Assembly (NCBI GenBank): GCA_963664875.1
Contig: OY761611.1
Coordinates: 608,001-672,000, forward strand
Length of the DNA stretch: 64,000 nucleotides
Origin: Candidatus Kapaibacterium sp.
GTDB taxonomy: Bacteria; Bacteroidota; Ignavibacteria; Kapaibacteriales; UBA2268
Direction: 5' to 3'
The notes under the pieces are model-generated. The model was not told the origin of the DNA and searched no databases. It was given only the letters and a program-made list of their open reading frames with translations. Below are positions 62,518 to 64,000 of this stretch, piece by piece. The position numbers and the translations under genes were made by a program. Position 1 is the stretch's first letter; the number at the start of each line of letters is the position of its first letter.

Positions 62518-63772
62518 TATCTTTATTCATAGGTATTTCGATAGCAAATGTAGTTCCTTTTCCCGGATGACTTTCTTTGATATAGATTTTGCCTTTATGG
62601 TAATCTTCGACTATCCTCTTTACAAGACTTAGTCCTAATCCCCAGCCCCGTTTTTTTGTGGTATATCCAGGGACAAAAATCATCCTTTTAACTTGGTTAT
62701 TCATACCTTTGCCGGTATCTCTAACGTAAATAAATATTTTTTGATCTGTATTAGCTCTCATGTAGATATAAATATTTCCAATCTCTCTGTCAATCGCTTC
62801 AGTTGCATTTTTCAGTAGATTTTCTATGACCCATTCAAAGAGATCACGATTGACTAATGCTATAAAAGGTTCTTTTAGATCTCTTATTATTTCTATCTTT
62901 TTTGAAACATTAGGAAGCCTAACTTCATAATATTTACAAACGTTTTCTATCAATTCGGATATATTTGTTATTTCTTTCTCAGGCTGAGAGCCAATTTTTG
63001 AGAACCGCGTAGTTATAGTATTCAAACGTGTTAAATCCTGTTCCATTTCGGTTACAATTTCACCTACATAAGCAGGATCTTCATTGTTAAATTTCAATAT
63101 TTCTATCCAAGCTAAAAGACTTGACAGGGGTGTTCCCAGTTGGTGTGCTGCCTCTTTTGCCATACCAACCCAAACTTTGGACTCTTCTGTTCTTCTGATA
63201 CCTGAAAACGCTAAGTAGCCTATCAAAACAAAGGAACCAACCGCAACTATGGCAACTAACGGAAAATATCTCAACTGATTTATAATAGGCGAATGGGCAT
63301 AATAAAACTTAAGAAGCACTTCTCCATTCTGACCGTAAATCAAAACAGGCTTATAATCCTCTTTCATATCACCAAGCTGTTGTTTCACGAGTCTGCGTTG
63401 CTCTTCTAAAGGCAAATTGAAGTTTATATTGAGATTGAGTGTATATGCTTCATAAGATTCTTGCGGTTCATCGTTGACATCGGTTGCGATTATCGGGAAG
63501 TTAATCGTGGAAATAATATTATCCAGCATAAAATACAGGTAGTCGGTTTCTTGATTGGACAAGATACGGTTGTTAAAATCTTCATTTATTTTTGCATAAA
63601 GTTCCAAAGTTTTTTGTTCTCTCTCTACTAACTCATTTACTAATGATTGAGTAAAGAGAATTACTCCTAATATGATACTAAAAGCTAAAATGGCAAATAA
63701 TAGCTTTATTTGCCACTTAGCTAATGGTTTAGAAATATTTTCAAAAAATTTCTCTTTTCTTCTGTATGCCAT
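62486..63772 (-). CDS. Membrane-bound sensor histidine kinase
   Basis: Two TMs, H-box WVGMAKEAAHQLGTPLS, ENLLKNA, DTGKG, G.TTK.RGWGLGL. Confidence 0.92.
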   Translation of the reverse strand: MAYRRKEKFFENISKPLAKWQIKLLFAILAFSIILGVILFTQSLVNELVEREQKTLELYAKINEDFNNRILSNQETDYLYFMLDNIISTINFPIIATDVNDEPQESYEAYTLNLNINFNLPLEEQRRLVKQQLGDMKEDYKPVLIYGQNGEVLLKFYYAHSPIINQLRYFPLVAIVAVGSFVLIGYLAFSGIRRTEESKVWVGMAKEAAHQLGTPLSSLLAWIEILKFNNEDPAYVGEIVTEMEQDLTRLNTITTRFSKIGSQPEKEITNISELIENVCKYYEVRLPNVSKKIEIIRDLKEPFIALVNRDLFEWVIENLLKNATEAIDREIGNIYIYMRANTDQKIFIYVRDTGKGMNNQVKRMIFVPGYTTKKRGWGLGLSLVKRIVEDYHKGKIYIKESHPGKGTTFAIEIPMNKDINSRIRRSTL

Positions 63773-63775
63773 ATT

Positions 63776-64000
63776 TTATGCTAAATTAAAATGAAAACTA
63801 TTGAGCTCAGAAAACGGAATGGTCTGCTGAGTGCTGTCTTTCATATTTTTGATAGTAACTGTTTCTGATTTCAGTTCATCTTCGCCTATGACTAAAGCGT
63901 ATGTAGCTTCTACCTTATTTGCTGCACGCATTTGTGCTTTCATGGATCTGTTATTCAAATCTATACCTACTCTATACATCTTATCGCGAAGCAAATGAGC
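63776..64000 (-). CDS. hisS: Histidyl-tRNA synthetase, C-terminal anticodon-binding part (rest outside the window)
   Basis: LR......D...RSMKAQMR.A.K..A.Y....GE.E.....V..K.M....Q. Confidence 0.8.
   Translation of the reverse strand, partial: AHLLRDKMYRVGIDLNNRSMKAQMRAANKVEATYALVIGEDELKSETVTIKNMKDSTQQTIPFSELNSFHFNLA

Overview
AT-rich, gene-dense chromosomal backbone of an FCB-group bacterium. The gene mix, TAnnTTTG-like promoter elements together with Shine-Dalgarno sites, chemoreceptors and an [FeFe]-hydrogenase suggest an Ignavibacteria/Ca. Kapabacteria-like organism (inference). No rRNA, tRNA, CRISPR array, prophage or IS element was recognised. Most genes are housekeeping: hldD (partial), atpG, gyrA, dprA, pckA, addB-like, xth, menC, dapD, gyrB-dciA-recF-dnaN, psd-pssA, purS-purQ, tatA-tatB, gatA-like, alr, pabABC, mnmA, pspA, ybaB-recR and hisS (partial). 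Best leads: (1) an electron-bifurcating-type [FeFe]-hydrogenase operon with a HydD-HydB fusion, B-A-C gene order and a perfect FNR-type box plus a second palindrome upstream; (2) a mycobacterial-style polyprenyl-phospho-arabinose pathway (HAD-UbiA, DprE1-like, DprE2-like, HAD) without its transferase; (3) gyrA and gyrB placed exactly as a single ~30 kb inversion would leave them, with dnaA missing upstream of dnaN; (4) SRAP coupled to xth; (5) a MEMO1 protein with a PqqD/RRE-like N-terminus; (6) two giant poly-HAMP chemoreceptors, one broken by a 1-nt deletion; (7) pabB and pabA head-to-head with a 1-bp gap; (8) a G-U-rich hairpin in the alr leader. None of these is proven novel from sequence alone.
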